A stretch of DNA of 63,470 nt, the filler included, from Choristocarpus tenellus KU-1152 (taxonomy: Eukaryota > Protista > Phaeophyceae): the NCBI GenBank assembly GCA_964200185.2. It is 12 parts of 12 records of this genome, joined end to end, with 100 filler letters (N's around TTAATTAATTAA, not from the genome) between each part and the next. Parts side by side here need not be neighbours in the genome. Positions count along the whole stretch, not along the records: positions 36,222 to 39,237 come from CAXNAD020022917.1; positions 39,338 to 44,048 come from CAXNAD020013373.1; positions 44,149 to 49,669 come from CAXNAD020010540.1; positions 49,770 to 52,346 come from CAXNAD020026612.1; 8 more parts are not named here. One strand, given 5' to 3'. Both the position numbers and the translations under genes were made by a program. Position 1 is the stretch's first letter. The number at the start of each line of letters is the position of its first letter. Under the pieces are notes generated by a model. That model worked only from the letters and a program-made list of their open reading frames with translations, was not told where the DNA came from and ran no database searches. Shown here one piece after another: positions 38,463-51,043 of this stretch.

Positions 38463-39366
38463 AGAGATACCAAGCACGGCGATTAGTTGGTGTACCTGGT
38501 TGGAGGAGGGAGGAGGTGAGACACAAAGTTTACCATAATCACAACGTCTCGAACAACATCTTCCCATATTTCGACCCGAATGCACGACAAATCACTGGTT
38601 AATATTCTACGAGATTCCTATTTTCCGCACCCGAACATGTTGTCCTGTACCGATCTACATCACACCCTCGCCTATTCCACCTGTACCATCTGAGGGAAAG
38701 TCCCAGCAGAGATTTAGCACGGCCGAGGGAAAGACGAGAAAGAAAAGGGGCTCTGGATAATATCCAATTCCACGACTACTAGCTTAGATATTATCTGCAT
38801 ATATGAAGGCAGAAGCGTCAAGGAAGCATTATACCCAGCCACCTCATTTGGGAACACAATATTTTCACCTAAACAATAAACTAGGGAGTCCAAAGCCACC
38901 TTGCGTGACTGCACGTACTGTCGATAGAAGTCAATGAGTACTTCTTCGTCAGGCAAACATCCTGACTGACGTTTTGCGTATCACACGCAACTTGAGGTAG
39001 CGCCCTAGCTTGACATTGGGTGTATATTTCATGGAGTAACAACAACAACAATATTAAGGGAGGGAAAGAAAATTTGAAAGATTACATCTTCGTTGAACCT
39101 ATCAAGAAACTTCGGACCAGGTTAGAGCTGGTGGTCCCTTTTAAGGCCACCATTTGTAAATGAAAAATGGATAACTGTGAATCGTGTTATTCTGTGGCGG
39201 CGTGGTTCACTCAGGCAAGGGTGGTGAAGAGAATCACNNNNNNNNNNNNNNNNNNNNNNNNNNNNNNNNNNNNNNNNNNNNTTAATTAATTAANNNNNNN
39301 NNNNNNNNNNNNNNNNNNNNNNNNNNNNNNNNNNNNNGTGTGAGAGGAGGGGGGGAGGAGAGGGGG

Positions 39367-39416
<50 letters not shown>

Positions 39417-40680
39417 AACGTAAGTGCGTGCTTGTCTGCATGCTGTTGTCATCGGATGTGGACAGTTGTTTCGTGTTTGGAGGCTGGAAGGCAGGGTTGG
39501 AAGGGGGAGGGAGATAAGAGGGTGGAATTTGAACCTTAAAAAGGTTTCCGGAGTTGTGTGGAATGCTTGACTAGCTACATTGTGTGATACCCAGGTACGG
39601 ACCTTTTCTGGGAGACTCAATGGTGTAAAGCTATAGAAGTGATAGTGGAGGGTGTTAAGAGAGTGTCCCGCTCGTGTTTATCTAAACATGGAGAGCATTA
39701 ATCTATGCAGGTATGGAAGGCAGGGTCCAGGTTACAATGGAAGTCACTAAAGAGTGATCTGGAGCATATAGTGAGGTTCAGGGTGGGTTGCTGGACAGGG
39801 CGAGAGAGGTGGTTTGGAACATGACAAGTAATTACTACCTACTATGAGTTAGAGTATATTACAAACCAAGGATTTGGATATCGTTTTCCTGGCATTTTCT
39901 TTTTGTTATTCCTGTGCTTGAGGGAGGAAGTGGAAGATGTGTTGTTGCTTGGCTGTGTCAAGCGTGAGAGAACTATGGATCTCTTTGTGACAACTTGCCA
40001 TCAAGTGTAGGTATGATGAGCTGGCTTAATAGGTGTGGAACAATCGCACCTCTGTTGAATTCCTGCTGGAGTTGATGTCATGCTGAGCCAAGAGTATCCT
40101 GCATAGGGGTGCCATTGATCATAAGGGTCATCTGTGATTACCTTACGGATTTAATATTGTGTGCTGGATAACAAAGTTGGGAGAGTTGCTTTCAGGAGAT
40201 GTCCATTTCCTTGATGTGGACACACCTCATACATCCACAGCTTCCTCTGAGGGTTAAAACCATTTGTAGGCCTTGGATATAGGTTGTCATACATAAGTTT
40301 TTATTTGTCCCATTATGTGATCAAATGGGCAAAATCCGCCCCCCTCTAGTATACTATCGCTCGTTTCATTGACCACTTTTTTCAGGTTTGTCAATGAAGA
40401 ATTACTTACACATTCTAAAGAGGTCTCTTCAGGATGAACCAGCCTGCTGGCATATCACAATCAGGTGAGAGGCGTGAGAATAGAGGATGTGTGGCCTTGG
40501 TGCATGAGGTAGACAGAGCAGTGAATGGCAGTGAGTGGTATCAGAGTTGTGCGTTTTTTGGACACTGGCCTCCCTGACAAGCTCCAAAACGAAGTTCATG
40601 TCAGGGTACTGTATATATAATTTTCAGTGTCAGCGGAACGGAATGGTTGTGAAAGAAGTCGTTGACAGTATTCCCTCAAT

Positions 40681-40844
40681 TTTTCCTGACATCTGCAAAA
40701 AGATGTCAGAGGGCATAATAAAAACATAATGTAGGTATAATGACATAATACGGCCCTCGCTATTTCAATTCCCCCATAGTTACGTAAAGAAGATATACTA
40801 ATTATTATGCCCTCTGACATTTTGCAGATGTGCCAGAGGGAAAA
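40681..40844. repeat. Inverted-repeat element (MITE-like)
   Basis: ACATCTGCAAAAAGATGTCAGAGGGCATAATAA (40689-40721) is inverted as TTATTATGCCCTCTGACATTTTGCAGATGT (40802-40831). Confidence 0.65.
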
Positions 40845-41589
40845 CCAATGACAACTATAAACAGAAAGAAAACTATAAAGAAGAGATCAGAAAGACACCA
40901 AAGAACATCAACGATTCTAATATTGTACAAGGTGAAAAGATCTCACAGGTCACCATTGCGTTATTTATGGTATTCAACATTTTGCATATTTGCTGCTCGA
41001 AATTAAATGTAACATAACTTTTGCAAGCTCTGTTCTCGCCTGGGAACGACCCATGTGATAAATGGTCTGGACAAGGCTTAGTTCTCATATGGATTGGGAG
41101 GTGTGCAAAGTTGGAGATGGTGGGCTGTCATGACGGTGGAGGACCACTGATGCAAAGTCAACCATGTTTGATGAGGTTCAAAAACCTCTTGAAATTGTCA
41201 AAGGGAATGTTGATTGGGATGCCTAGGATGAAGGTTCCCCATCGCTCAAGGGGCTTGCTCATCCTGTCGGTCTCAATTCTTTGACCCAGAAGTCCATCCA
41301 AAGTCCAAACTCAAACACCCCGACAAAGAACAGCGTGGTGGCGCAATGCCTGGAGGAGAGAGAGTGCGAGACTTGGATGCCTCTTGGGACGGCAGCGGCC
41401 ATTATGGCGGACATCAGAATTTCCTGAATCACTGTGTTCCACCACTTGAAGGTGTACAGCAGACAGATTGCACAGGGTGAATGCATGGACCTTGAACAGC
41501 ATCACAAGGGTTGATGCAGCTGCCGTACAAGTACCCTCGAAGTTTGGGATGTACCATCTGTACACCGTACATCCTTTCACAAATGGGTG

Positions 41590-42175
41590 TCCAAAGATGG
41601 GGTCTCCCTTATGGGATCTGTGCAAATGCGAGAAGGTGAAGAAGTTCAAGCAGTGGATTAAGACAGTCCTCTCGGACCAGCAGCAGAGAGTCAACAGGGT
41701 AGGTTTTGTCATCAGCCACAAGCACAGGAAGGGGGGAGGTGGCGTAATATTGGACGATCTATATGAATGGGTGAATGTAGACAAGAAGTGGTTTTACATC
41801 CTGAAAGATGGGCAGGGTGTGTTCCTGCACCCCATTGAGGACCCCCAACCCCCCGCAGGCACACAATAAGTGTTACATTACGAAGGTGATGTTCCTTGTA
41901 GCTATGGTCCACCCTAGGAAGGTCTCTAATGGGGTGTGGTTTGATAGGAAAATCGAGATTTGGCCAATCGTGGACATTAAGGTCATTCAGCGCTCCTGCA
42001 AACACCGGCCCAAGGGCATCAAGGTGCTTGCCCCAGCCACGGTGGACGGGGAGAGGTACAAGAAACTCGTGATCAAGGGTGCCACCCCGACAAACAAGGC
42101 CTGCATGCCTAGACTGGAAGAACATGCCATCTTCGAGCAGCAGGACAGGGCAAATCCACCCTTCTCCGCACATAG
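41590..42175 (+). mobile_element. Decayed Tc1/mariner transposase, plant/oomycete-like DD39D type
   Basis: VNVDKKWFY (decayed DEKWF), YITKVMFLVAMVHPR, WFDRKIEIWP, QRSCKHRPKG, IFEQQDRA, with a frameshift near 41850. Confidence 0.85.
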
Positions 42176-43952
42176 TCCAATTAATTCATGCTGACACCCA
42201 GACCCCTCAAAGAGAATTCCACCCAAACTTTTGCCTTCACCGACATCTCCAAATCCCAAGGGAAGCCCACATTTTCCAGTGAGTGCTGTGTAAAGATGAA
42301 GAGTTTCATCTTGTCGAGGTATGATTCAAGGAGTTTGCACCTCTTATTGGAGTTCACTTCAGCAGTCCTCCTCCCAGCCTGTAAGTGTATAATCTCCATC
42401 TATAGGCTTGTGGACTGGAGCTATACATCCCATGGAGGTAAGCTTTGGTGTGCTGTAACATTTATGTCTATTGTTTGAAACCTTTCCTACACAATTCGGA
42501 AAATATTCTGTATGTCGTGAGGCAGGGTCCAATCAGTCGTGGGTGGTGTTCATCACCAGTTGTGTCACGGTGGGGTGTTTCCAGCAAACCCAAAGCTCTC
42601 TCAGTCATCAAATCTTAGGAAAAGGTTTGATGGGGTCTCAGAACTGACGGGTGATATCCCATCTTTGTGAACATTCAAACGTAAGTGGTCTGAGGGTCCT
42701 CAAAATTTCTGTGTTTGATGTTGGTGGGAAGTTACCAAGGACAAAGAAATATGCGCACGGATGTGTATCTGGACTGAGATCAGCTCCCAAAGGGACCTGC
42801 CTGTCACATCACCCCCCCCTAGTGTGAGCTCTGTCTGCACACGAGAAAGAAAGTGGCTGGCCAGCACATCATAGCAGACAGTCCCGTGGGAGAAAAGAAG
42901 AAAGAATCATCTGGGTATCCCAAGAATGTTCAATGAGTCAATTTGGAGGATTTACTTGAAATGTTGTCCCCAACAGGGTTGGAACCCGAAAGTGTGGTCA
43001 TAGTAAAACTATGATGGAAAAGAAGAAAAAACCATGACTCATTTGGGTATCCCATAAATGTTCATGTAGCCAATTTGGAGGAATTCCTTGAAAGATTGTC
43101 CTCGACAGGGTTGGAACCCCAAAGTTGTTGGTGATAGAAAACATCTTGTTGTACCTTTAAGGGTTATGAAGATAACATCCCAGGAATTTTGGTACCAAAG
43201 TGCTTGGGTCATTGTGTTGATCAAGCTACATTGCCTCAGCTAGTGTAAATGTGAATGGAAGACTATTGTCCTCTATTCTTGGTTGTGGGTTGTGCTAGGC
43301 CACAACAGATGTCTAAAGAGGAACTGCAATGAAGCGAAGGGTTTTTTAAGGAATTGGACCAGTGATTTCCTTTGTGGGTGGATCATTACCTTGAATTATT
43401 ACCTTGCGTCCCTGAAAGCAAAAGGTTGAATATCCTGTGTTTGTCAGGAAAGGATTATCCACTCTGAGTAATCTGTATACTGTCTAATCCTTTTGATTTG
43501 AAGATGAAGACTCGATTTCTCACCTTCAAGTATTGTCAATAACCCTTATCTCCGGAGTTCTGGAGTGATGAGGTCCAGTTTTCTTCCAGTTCCAATCTTT
43601 TGGACTATGTGGATTAGAAACTGTGTGCCTACCTATGAGGAACACAGTCACCTCCCACCGAGTGAGCTCAAAACAAAATCTTATTTGCTTAAGGGGCGAA
43701 ACATCGAGAGGGCTGAGGGGTCCTAACGCTTTTCTGCATAAGATAAAGGATTCAAACCTATAAATGACCGTCCCAAGTATTCACACCAACTACTCTTTTT
43801 GCGGGTATGGTGAAAACAAGTTTGGAGATGAAAAAAGAGGCGCATGGGGATCTTATATTCGAAACTCGACAAAAAAGGGATAAAGCCCTGACCACCCCAT
43901 ATGTGTATGGGTCCATCAATATATCCATTTGAGTGTGGTTAAAGAAAAATGT

Positions 43953-44048
43953 GACCCAAGGTATCTGGGGGGGGGGGGGGGGATCTACACCAGGGGGTCC
44001 ATTTGGACCAAAACAAGGAAAAGTGGGCTTTCATTATCCCTCCGACGT
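43953..44048. mobile_element. MITE family B, truncated by linker (other truncated copies at 18975-19016, 21981-22055, 49652-49669, 56029-56066)
   Basis: GACCCAAGGTATCT-G(n)-TCTACACCAGGG...TCCATTTGGACCAAAA matches the family B left end. Confidence 0.8.
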
Positions 44049-44148
44049 NNNNNNNNNNNNNNNNNNNNNNNNNNNNNNNNNNNNNNNNNNNNTTAATTAA
44101 TTAANNNNNNNNNNNNNNNNNNNNNNNNNNNNNNNNNNNNNNNNNNNN

Positions 44149-45386
44149 AGGGGGGGTAAGGATGGGGTTCCGAAGGATAGAGGGGCTTACCAAGCACCCA
44201 ACCTGGGGAGAATCGTCCAGCCCTGACAAAGGTCGAACCTTAGCAGCAGAGGGCACAGCAGAGGGAGGATACCCAGAGGTGAGAGCATGCAGGACCGCAC
44301 GGCGCTCAGCTGGTGAAGACCTCAAGCCGGATGACGATGGGATACCTCTGGTGGGGGATGGGGTCGTGGGCTCATAACCACTGGTGAGGGCACGGATGAT
44401 TGCAGGGCTGGTGCAGTACTCAACCCGGGACGGCCTTCCCAGTCTAGGTGAGGACACAGCCTTGACAATGGACAAGGTGAACCCAGAGGCGCCCCCAGTG
44501 CCGCAGGGTCGTAAGATGTCTGGGCCAGAACGGTGCTTGGCCGTACGGGTGCTGGTGCAGGGTGTCTCCAGCTGAGCGGACAATACCAACACGTTCTTGT
44601 GCTCTTCCAACCCATTTTTTTGTCCCTGAGACGCGAGAGGGCGCAAGGATCGATCAAGGCAGCAGCAAAACAAGTCAAGGTCAACACCTAGAGGCGAGAG
44701 GAGATTCAGCTATGACAGCTATTGATAACAGAGTTCCCAACGGTGGGGGGGAAGGGGGAAACGGAGGCAAAGATGACCGGTGGGGAGGGATTCAACTGGG
44801 GAAAGACATCGACCAGGGCGCCTGTCACTCTACATGCGCAAGCAGGGTCAGGTGTACACGCCTCTCGGTGCGTACAAAACTGCCTTTCCGTTGCCTTTTC
44901 AGACCTCTGCTGGTCCACGCTGGGTAGTCACACGACATGTTCCTTCGATTCGAACATTACACTGCATATACCAAGGTTGAAATTTGGATGAAGAACAATG
45001 CACCCTTCAGCAAAACCACCCACACCCGCACCCACACCCACACTTCAACAGAAACCAAGGCCCAAGGCGTGTTTTTCAGTGTCACATTTCCTTTCAAGTT
45101 CCTTGCAAGGTGCACACATGCGTTGTCCTACTATCTATGCCTGCGGAAGCACCTGTTTGACGAGAGGCTCATCGGCCATGGACGCTTTCTCTGCTGCTGC
45201 CGACACTTGCAGCAGGGCCTGGTCCCTCTCAATCTCCATTGCCCTTTCCTTCCGCAAGGCCTGGTCTCTCTGAGATTGCATTGATTGGAGCTCCTCTTTG
45301 ACGTGCTGGAGCTCTGCATAGAAGGACTGGGCCCTTTCCTCGGCCTCTGTTGTCTTCTGATGGGCGTCGCTCACAAGGGCTGCCAC
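44149..45386 (-). CDS. Partial coiled-coil + Pro/Ser-rich protein (exons 45386-45153 and 44571-<44149)
   Basis: The phase-0 exon VAALVSDAHQKTTEAEERAQSFYAELQHVKEELQSMQSQRDQALRKERAMEIERDQALLQ has heptad character and splices in frame to a long open Pro/Ser-rich exon running into the linker. Confidence 0.55.
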
Positions 45387-46009
45387 CTGTTGGACCGGCA
45401 TTTTGAGAGCCCATTGCATCAACAAGGTAGCTTGTTGTGTTAAGACAGAGTCAAGCGCACACACCGGCAGGTACAGTACTTGCAAGATCTGTTAAAACAT
45501 AGGCCAGTCATCTCTTGTGTCATTGATATGATACAGTATTACCGCTTCATACTGACTGTTGACCCGCACATCGGTACTGGTTGTTACTCACATTTCCATC
45601 ATTAGTGCTTCATCATAGGATCATCAATTACTGTTACAAACCCATGGTGCATAGCAAGCATAGAACGGTTGACATCTGTCAAACATACAAGCATGGTATA
45701 TGTGGCATATGAGTTGTCCCAGGTATTGATTCAAGTTTTTTCATTGTTTTTGATCTTCCCATCAGAACCACCAGTTGTGTCTCACAAGTTGATTGTTCAT
45801 TTTTCTCTGGCTGCCTTGCCCCCACGTAGACCTCGAGTTCACTCTGCACTAAGTCTACCTGACAGACAACTGGATGCAATATAGTAAGAGTTAAGACATC
45901 CACAGGACCCTACTTCACAAGGTGACAAGCCTCTAGAGGGAGCATGAAAATCTTCCTTTGCGTGTAACCAAGGAATTCCCTACATCGCTGTACCGGATAA
46001 CCTCTGGCT

Positions 46010-46273
46010 GAGTCAAAGTATCTTAGGGGGGGGGTAGAGTCGCGTCCATTTCGGGGCCAAAATCCAATGTTGCAATCTTGATGTAGTTTTGGCTATTGCG
46101 CTTGTTAGGAAGTGTCAATATCCTCGTTCCAGAGACACACCTTTTCATAAGGTATACATTTTACCTACTCGAAACATTTTGGAGTAGGTAAAATGCCATT
46201 TAAAACCCGTGGGAAGCCAAGACCCAAACAGACAAACAGGGCAAGACTCGTACTCTCTAAGATGCTTTCACTC
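46010..46273. mobile_element. MITE family A
   Basis: GAGTCAAAGTATCTTAG...CTCTCTAAGATGCTTTCACTC; the body matches 16929-17188. Confidence 0.88.
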
Positions 46274-47025
46274 GCCGTGCAAAGCATGTCACTGGGTTCA
46301 TCAACATGAATTCACTGGTGCTTCATCGCACTATGACAACCCCTTCACCGCAACCAACCTGTCACCGTACAAGAGCACGATTCATTCAATCCCAGGTTTC
46401 AACAAGATCAACCCTCAGCTGACAGCGGAAACAGGTGACGAGAGTTCTACAACACCTGATACCTTGGTACCTGATCCCTAGGAGGCAGAAATGATGCCAT
46501 GATAGTGACTTCATTATACTAAATTGTCTTCAGCTTGAGTGGTGAACACCACAATCTCGTGCCAGAGCACGAGTGCTGCAAAGGCCGAACCCCCTCAGTA
46601 TATCAACAGGAACAGCACAATTAGGCACAATCATTTTGACAACCCCCTCCTTATTCAACATCCCCCAGGTCGGTGTGGAATCCAACATGCAACTGTGTGC
46701 AGAGTACCGAGAGTTGAAGAAAAAACTATCACGGAGCAATCAGCCCCCAGTGATTGAAAAAAAAACACAATAACATGTACATCCTGATTTCGAGCCGCAA
46801 TTAATCTCCTTGCACACGTGTTGGATATTGATGAGGTGCAATCATCATTCACTGTCCTCTGTCGCTGTTGAGTGGGAGGGTAGACAGGAGGATGCTTCAG
46901 CCCTTTCAGGGGGTTCCCTTCAATGAACCTTTGGTAGCTTCTGTCGGTTTTGGGCGGGCCCAGCTCAAAGTTGCGAGTCATCAGCATGACACATTGGCAA
47001 GTCTCCAAGACCCAATTTGCTTCAA

Positions 47026-47284
47026 GAGTGAAAGTATCTTAGAGGGTAAGAATTTTGCCATGTTTGTCCATTTGGGGCTTGACTTCCCACGGGTTTTTTA
47101 TTACATTTTCCTACTCCGAAATGTTTCAAAGTAGGTAAAATGTGTATGTTTATGAAAATGTGTGTTCGGAACAAGGATATTGACACTTCCTAACAAACAC
47201 AATAGCCAAAATTACGTCAAAATTGCAACATTGGATTTTGGTCCCCAAACGGACGCGGCTCTACCCTCTAGGATACTTTGACTC
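47026..47284. mobile_element. MITE family A (reverse orientation), TSD TCAA
   Basis: GAGTGAAAGTATCTTAGAGGGTA...TACCCTCTAGGATACTTTGACTC flanked by TCAA on both sides. Confidence 0.9.
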
Positions 47285-48156
47285 TCAAACTATTACTATG
47301 TGCCTCAAACTATTACTACGTGGCTCCCTCTCCGTTGTATTCAACATCTATTCTTGGCGGCCATCAATAGCAACAGACAGGGTCGGCGTATGAGTAGCGG
47401 TTGCTGAAGCCTACCCCACCACACCAGCTTGGTTATGATGGTGCTCATGTAATCAGCCTTCAAAATGGTTCCCCGTGCACTGAGACAGCTTTGGATGCTA
47501 CCTACACCTACATTACTTGTAGTCACAGCAGCAGACGAATCCCATGGTTGCTCCTCTTGGATGGGCAAGGGACGAGGTACAGAGAGATAGGCTGGATTCC
47601 CACAATTAACAGGACTTGAAGCATTCCACGCGCTATGAGACTTGGACAAAACACAGCAAAGTGGGAATCTCAAGCACAGCCACAAGGTACCCTACCACTT
47701 GGACAAGTGCAGGTGCAGGGGCCTTAGGCCACACCCAGATCCCCTTGTAAACAATGACTCAAAAGTACCGCGCCAACAGTGGTCTTTTGATTATTGCTAA
47801 GCGCCAGCAAAGCTCCTGATCTGGCAGTTGCAGAGCAGCGCCGCTTGAGTTTCTTTCCATGTGATTGGGAGGTATCTTCCACAACTCAGATGCGTTGAAC
47901 CTGGTTGTGATAAGTGCATTTTTTGGTTTTTCTTTATGCACGTCCCTTGTTTTGCTCAAGCTGGCTGCTGGCTGAGTTGTGAGTTCGTTCACCTTACCTT
48001 TTCTTGCTCTTTTTTCTCTATTTGTAGGGTATCCAACAAAACCATGCTTGTCCACAGCTTCACCCCTAGCCATAGCTACAACTCTCTTGGACACTCTTTG
48101 TTCTTCACTTCCGCATCAGACTACAGTACTGTGGGACCAAGGGACTCCAGCAAGTC

Positions 48157-48482
48157 TATATGTCTTACCTACTTTGAAACATTTTGGAGTAGGAAAATGT
48201 CATTAAAAACCCGTGGGAGGCAAAGCCCAAATGGACAAACAGGGAAAAATTCGTACCCTCTATGATACTTTCACTCTGTAGTATCTATTTTTTTGCCACG
48301 CGCCAAAGTATCTGGGGGAGGGGGGGGGTCTACACCAGGGTGTCCATTTTGGGGTCAAAATCAGGAAAGTGGATTTACGCTATCCATCCGACGTATGCAA
48401 CTAAATCGCCCAAAACTCGTGACATGAAAAAATTGATCTCAAATGGACAGCCGCCACCTCCCCCCCCTAGATACTTTGAGCC
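48157..48482. mobile_element. 3' half of MITE A (48157-48276) next to a full MITE B (48300-48482)
   Basis: Both segments match other copies of the two families. Confidence 0.85.
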
Positions 48483-50781
48483 CATAGTCAACAGGAGACA
48501 CTTTTATCTCCCTCCACTACCATGCTACAACTCTGTCTCCAACGAGCATGAAGGGTTGTTTGATATTTTAAGTTTCGCCTGAGAATCCCAACATTTGTTC
48601 CCAGGCTAACACTGGAATAACCGCTAGTTTGTTTGTTTTGCCAATCCTCAGAACAACAATCAATCGACCGAACAAACAGTTGCTCTTGGTAAAGAAGTCT
48701 CCCCCTCTACCTTCTCAACGCTCTATCATGGTATTTCTCTGTGTCCGGATATCGCATCGACTTCCTTCTCAAACACATAATACACCAGCACACCTCCAAT
48801 GGTCAGTCAGTCCCTTTGTTGTCCAATGACCCACCTTCCCTCTTCCCTCGGAAGGACCTCATACAATCATATGCACACACCAAAACACAACTCAAAATCA
48901 TTGTCCAAGCTTGAGATGATATGACTATAGCATGTGCAATACGCAATAGTACATCCACAGCAAGTACCACTGATCGGCAGGGTGCCAGATTTCAACTTCC
49001 TCGAGGCAGTTAGATCCGGAAGCTCAAACCATCCTGCCATGATTACAACACATTTGCTACTGACAAAACACAACACTAGCGTATAACAGAGGGGGCGGTT
49101 CCATCATAGACCAGGCCCGTCCAGAGTTCCTGGAGGTCTATTTATAGGAGACTATCTGAAACATGAGCTCTGATGAAATGGGCAATCATTGACAGACTGG
49201 CAAGCCTTGTGCTGGCACATCGTATTGAACACAACCCAACCATCAGTCAGCACAATCCATGCCCACCCACCCACAGCAAGACACCGAGCCATACCTGGGT
49301 CCTCACAAGAGGGCGAAGGTTTTTGGTGATGGTTGCCATCACGTGTTCTGTGACCTGCTCAATAGAGGTAGCTGCATTTGTTGCCTTGTGGAACTGACGG
49401 GAGGTGGGCAACATACCGAGGGCCTCGAGCTCCGCGCAATCATCACAAACAATTCTTGCATTGAATCCGACTGCAACGGACTTGTTGGTCAGCCCACAGG
49501 TGCTGCTCTGCTCTCCCTGCTTGAGTGCCGTCTGTTGCATTTCACATAACCCAGGGAGAAGGAGGGCGCGTGTTGGGAGAGAGAGCGAGGGAATGGGTGG
49601 GTCTCGAGCAATCAGTGGCATGAGGTCATGGGCTTTTCTAAGCACGCAAACGGCTCAATGTATCTGGGGNNNNNNNNNNNNNNNNNNNNNNNNNNNNNNN
49701 NNNNNNNNNNNNNTTAATTAATTAANNNNNNNNNNNNNNNNNNNNNNNNNNNNNNNNNNNNNNNNNNNNGTGGCATTCTCGTTAAAACTTATCCAATATC
49801 AAACCATCCCGGCTACCCCCCTAATTTTATTTTGGCGGAAATGGGGGATGTCTGCAATTAGATGGGGGCCTGACTGAGTAGATCAACGACGTTGAAAGGA
49901 ATCCCAAAGCTTTTACCTGCTTTCAACAGAAACGAAGAGTCTTGCTATTTTGCCCAGGGTCAAGTATTTAACATGAAACACACACATGACATCACAGTGT
50001 TTGATACATTTTGACAACCTGCGAGCTGGCAATCAGGCCGATGTTGATTGCATTCTCTGCCTTGCGTTGCATGCCATGAAGGAAGTACCATCTCGCCCTG
50101 GCCAGCTGGTACAGTGGGACCATCATATCAAACACCTACAAGTGGCTCAGCCCAGAGCAGGAGAAAATTGTTGGAGAAATGCGCAGGAGAGGGGTGAGGG
50201 GAGGGAGAGGAGTTTGGACAAATTCTTGAACAATTCCCGTTATATAGCTCCAGGTTGATACTTACTCAGCAATTCAGGAGATCACTGGGTGAGCACAGGG
50301 TTTGCCCTATTATGGGGTCGCCAGACACTTTGACTCATTCAGGGCAATTCTGTTTTCAGTGATGTTACATAGAGACTAGGAAGAGGACAACAAACATCAT
50401 ATTAATTCCACAGAGAAAGGATACACAGATTGTGAAGGGATTGGTAAGGTCAACGTAGAGCAGACGCACACATTGCTAAATGAGGCACTTGGGAACAAGG
50501 ACCGCTATCTGTGGCAGGTCGAATTATTTAATCAAACTAAACAGGATGATTGAATTGGTTCAACTCACTACCTCCTCTAACAGAGCGCTTGAAGCTATTT
50601 TCGTTTCCAATTCGCCCCTCTGCCTGCAGCATCACACCCACCTGATGTATGTTCACACACTACTATCATATCTTCTGGAATACTATGCATGGGCAGAAGC
50701 ACCACCATAGTAACGCTGTTGACCCTGACAAAATCAAACCAGTTCATACATCTGACCAATCCGTCTCTCTTGAAGTATCCA

Positions 50782-51043
50782 GAGTCAAAATATCTTAGTT
50801 GGTAGAGCTGCTTCCATTTTGGGGCCAAAATCCGATGTTGCGATTTTGATGTACTTTTGGCTATTGTGTTTGTTAGAAAGTGTCAACATCCTTGTCCGGA
50901 CACGCCTTTTCATAACGTGTACATTTTACCTACTCCGAAACATTTTGGAGTAGGAAAATATCATAAAATCAACTATGGGAAGCCAAGCCCCAAATGGACA
51001 AACAGGGGAATACTCGTACCCTAACCCTAAGATACTTTCACTC
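50782..51043. mobile_element. MITE family A with CCCTAACCCTAA in its right TIR
   Basis: The body matches family A; the right TIR reads TACCCTAACCCTAAGATAC instead of TACCCTCTAAGATAC. Confidence 0.88.

Noticed and set aside
39420-40300. Possible LINE RT C-terminal remnant
   Set aside because: Too degraded, with no diagnostic motif found.
46300-49650. Several 100-130 aa ORFs between MITEs
   Set aside because: No recognisable domain or consistent splice chain; probably decayed TE sequence that cannot be classified by eye.
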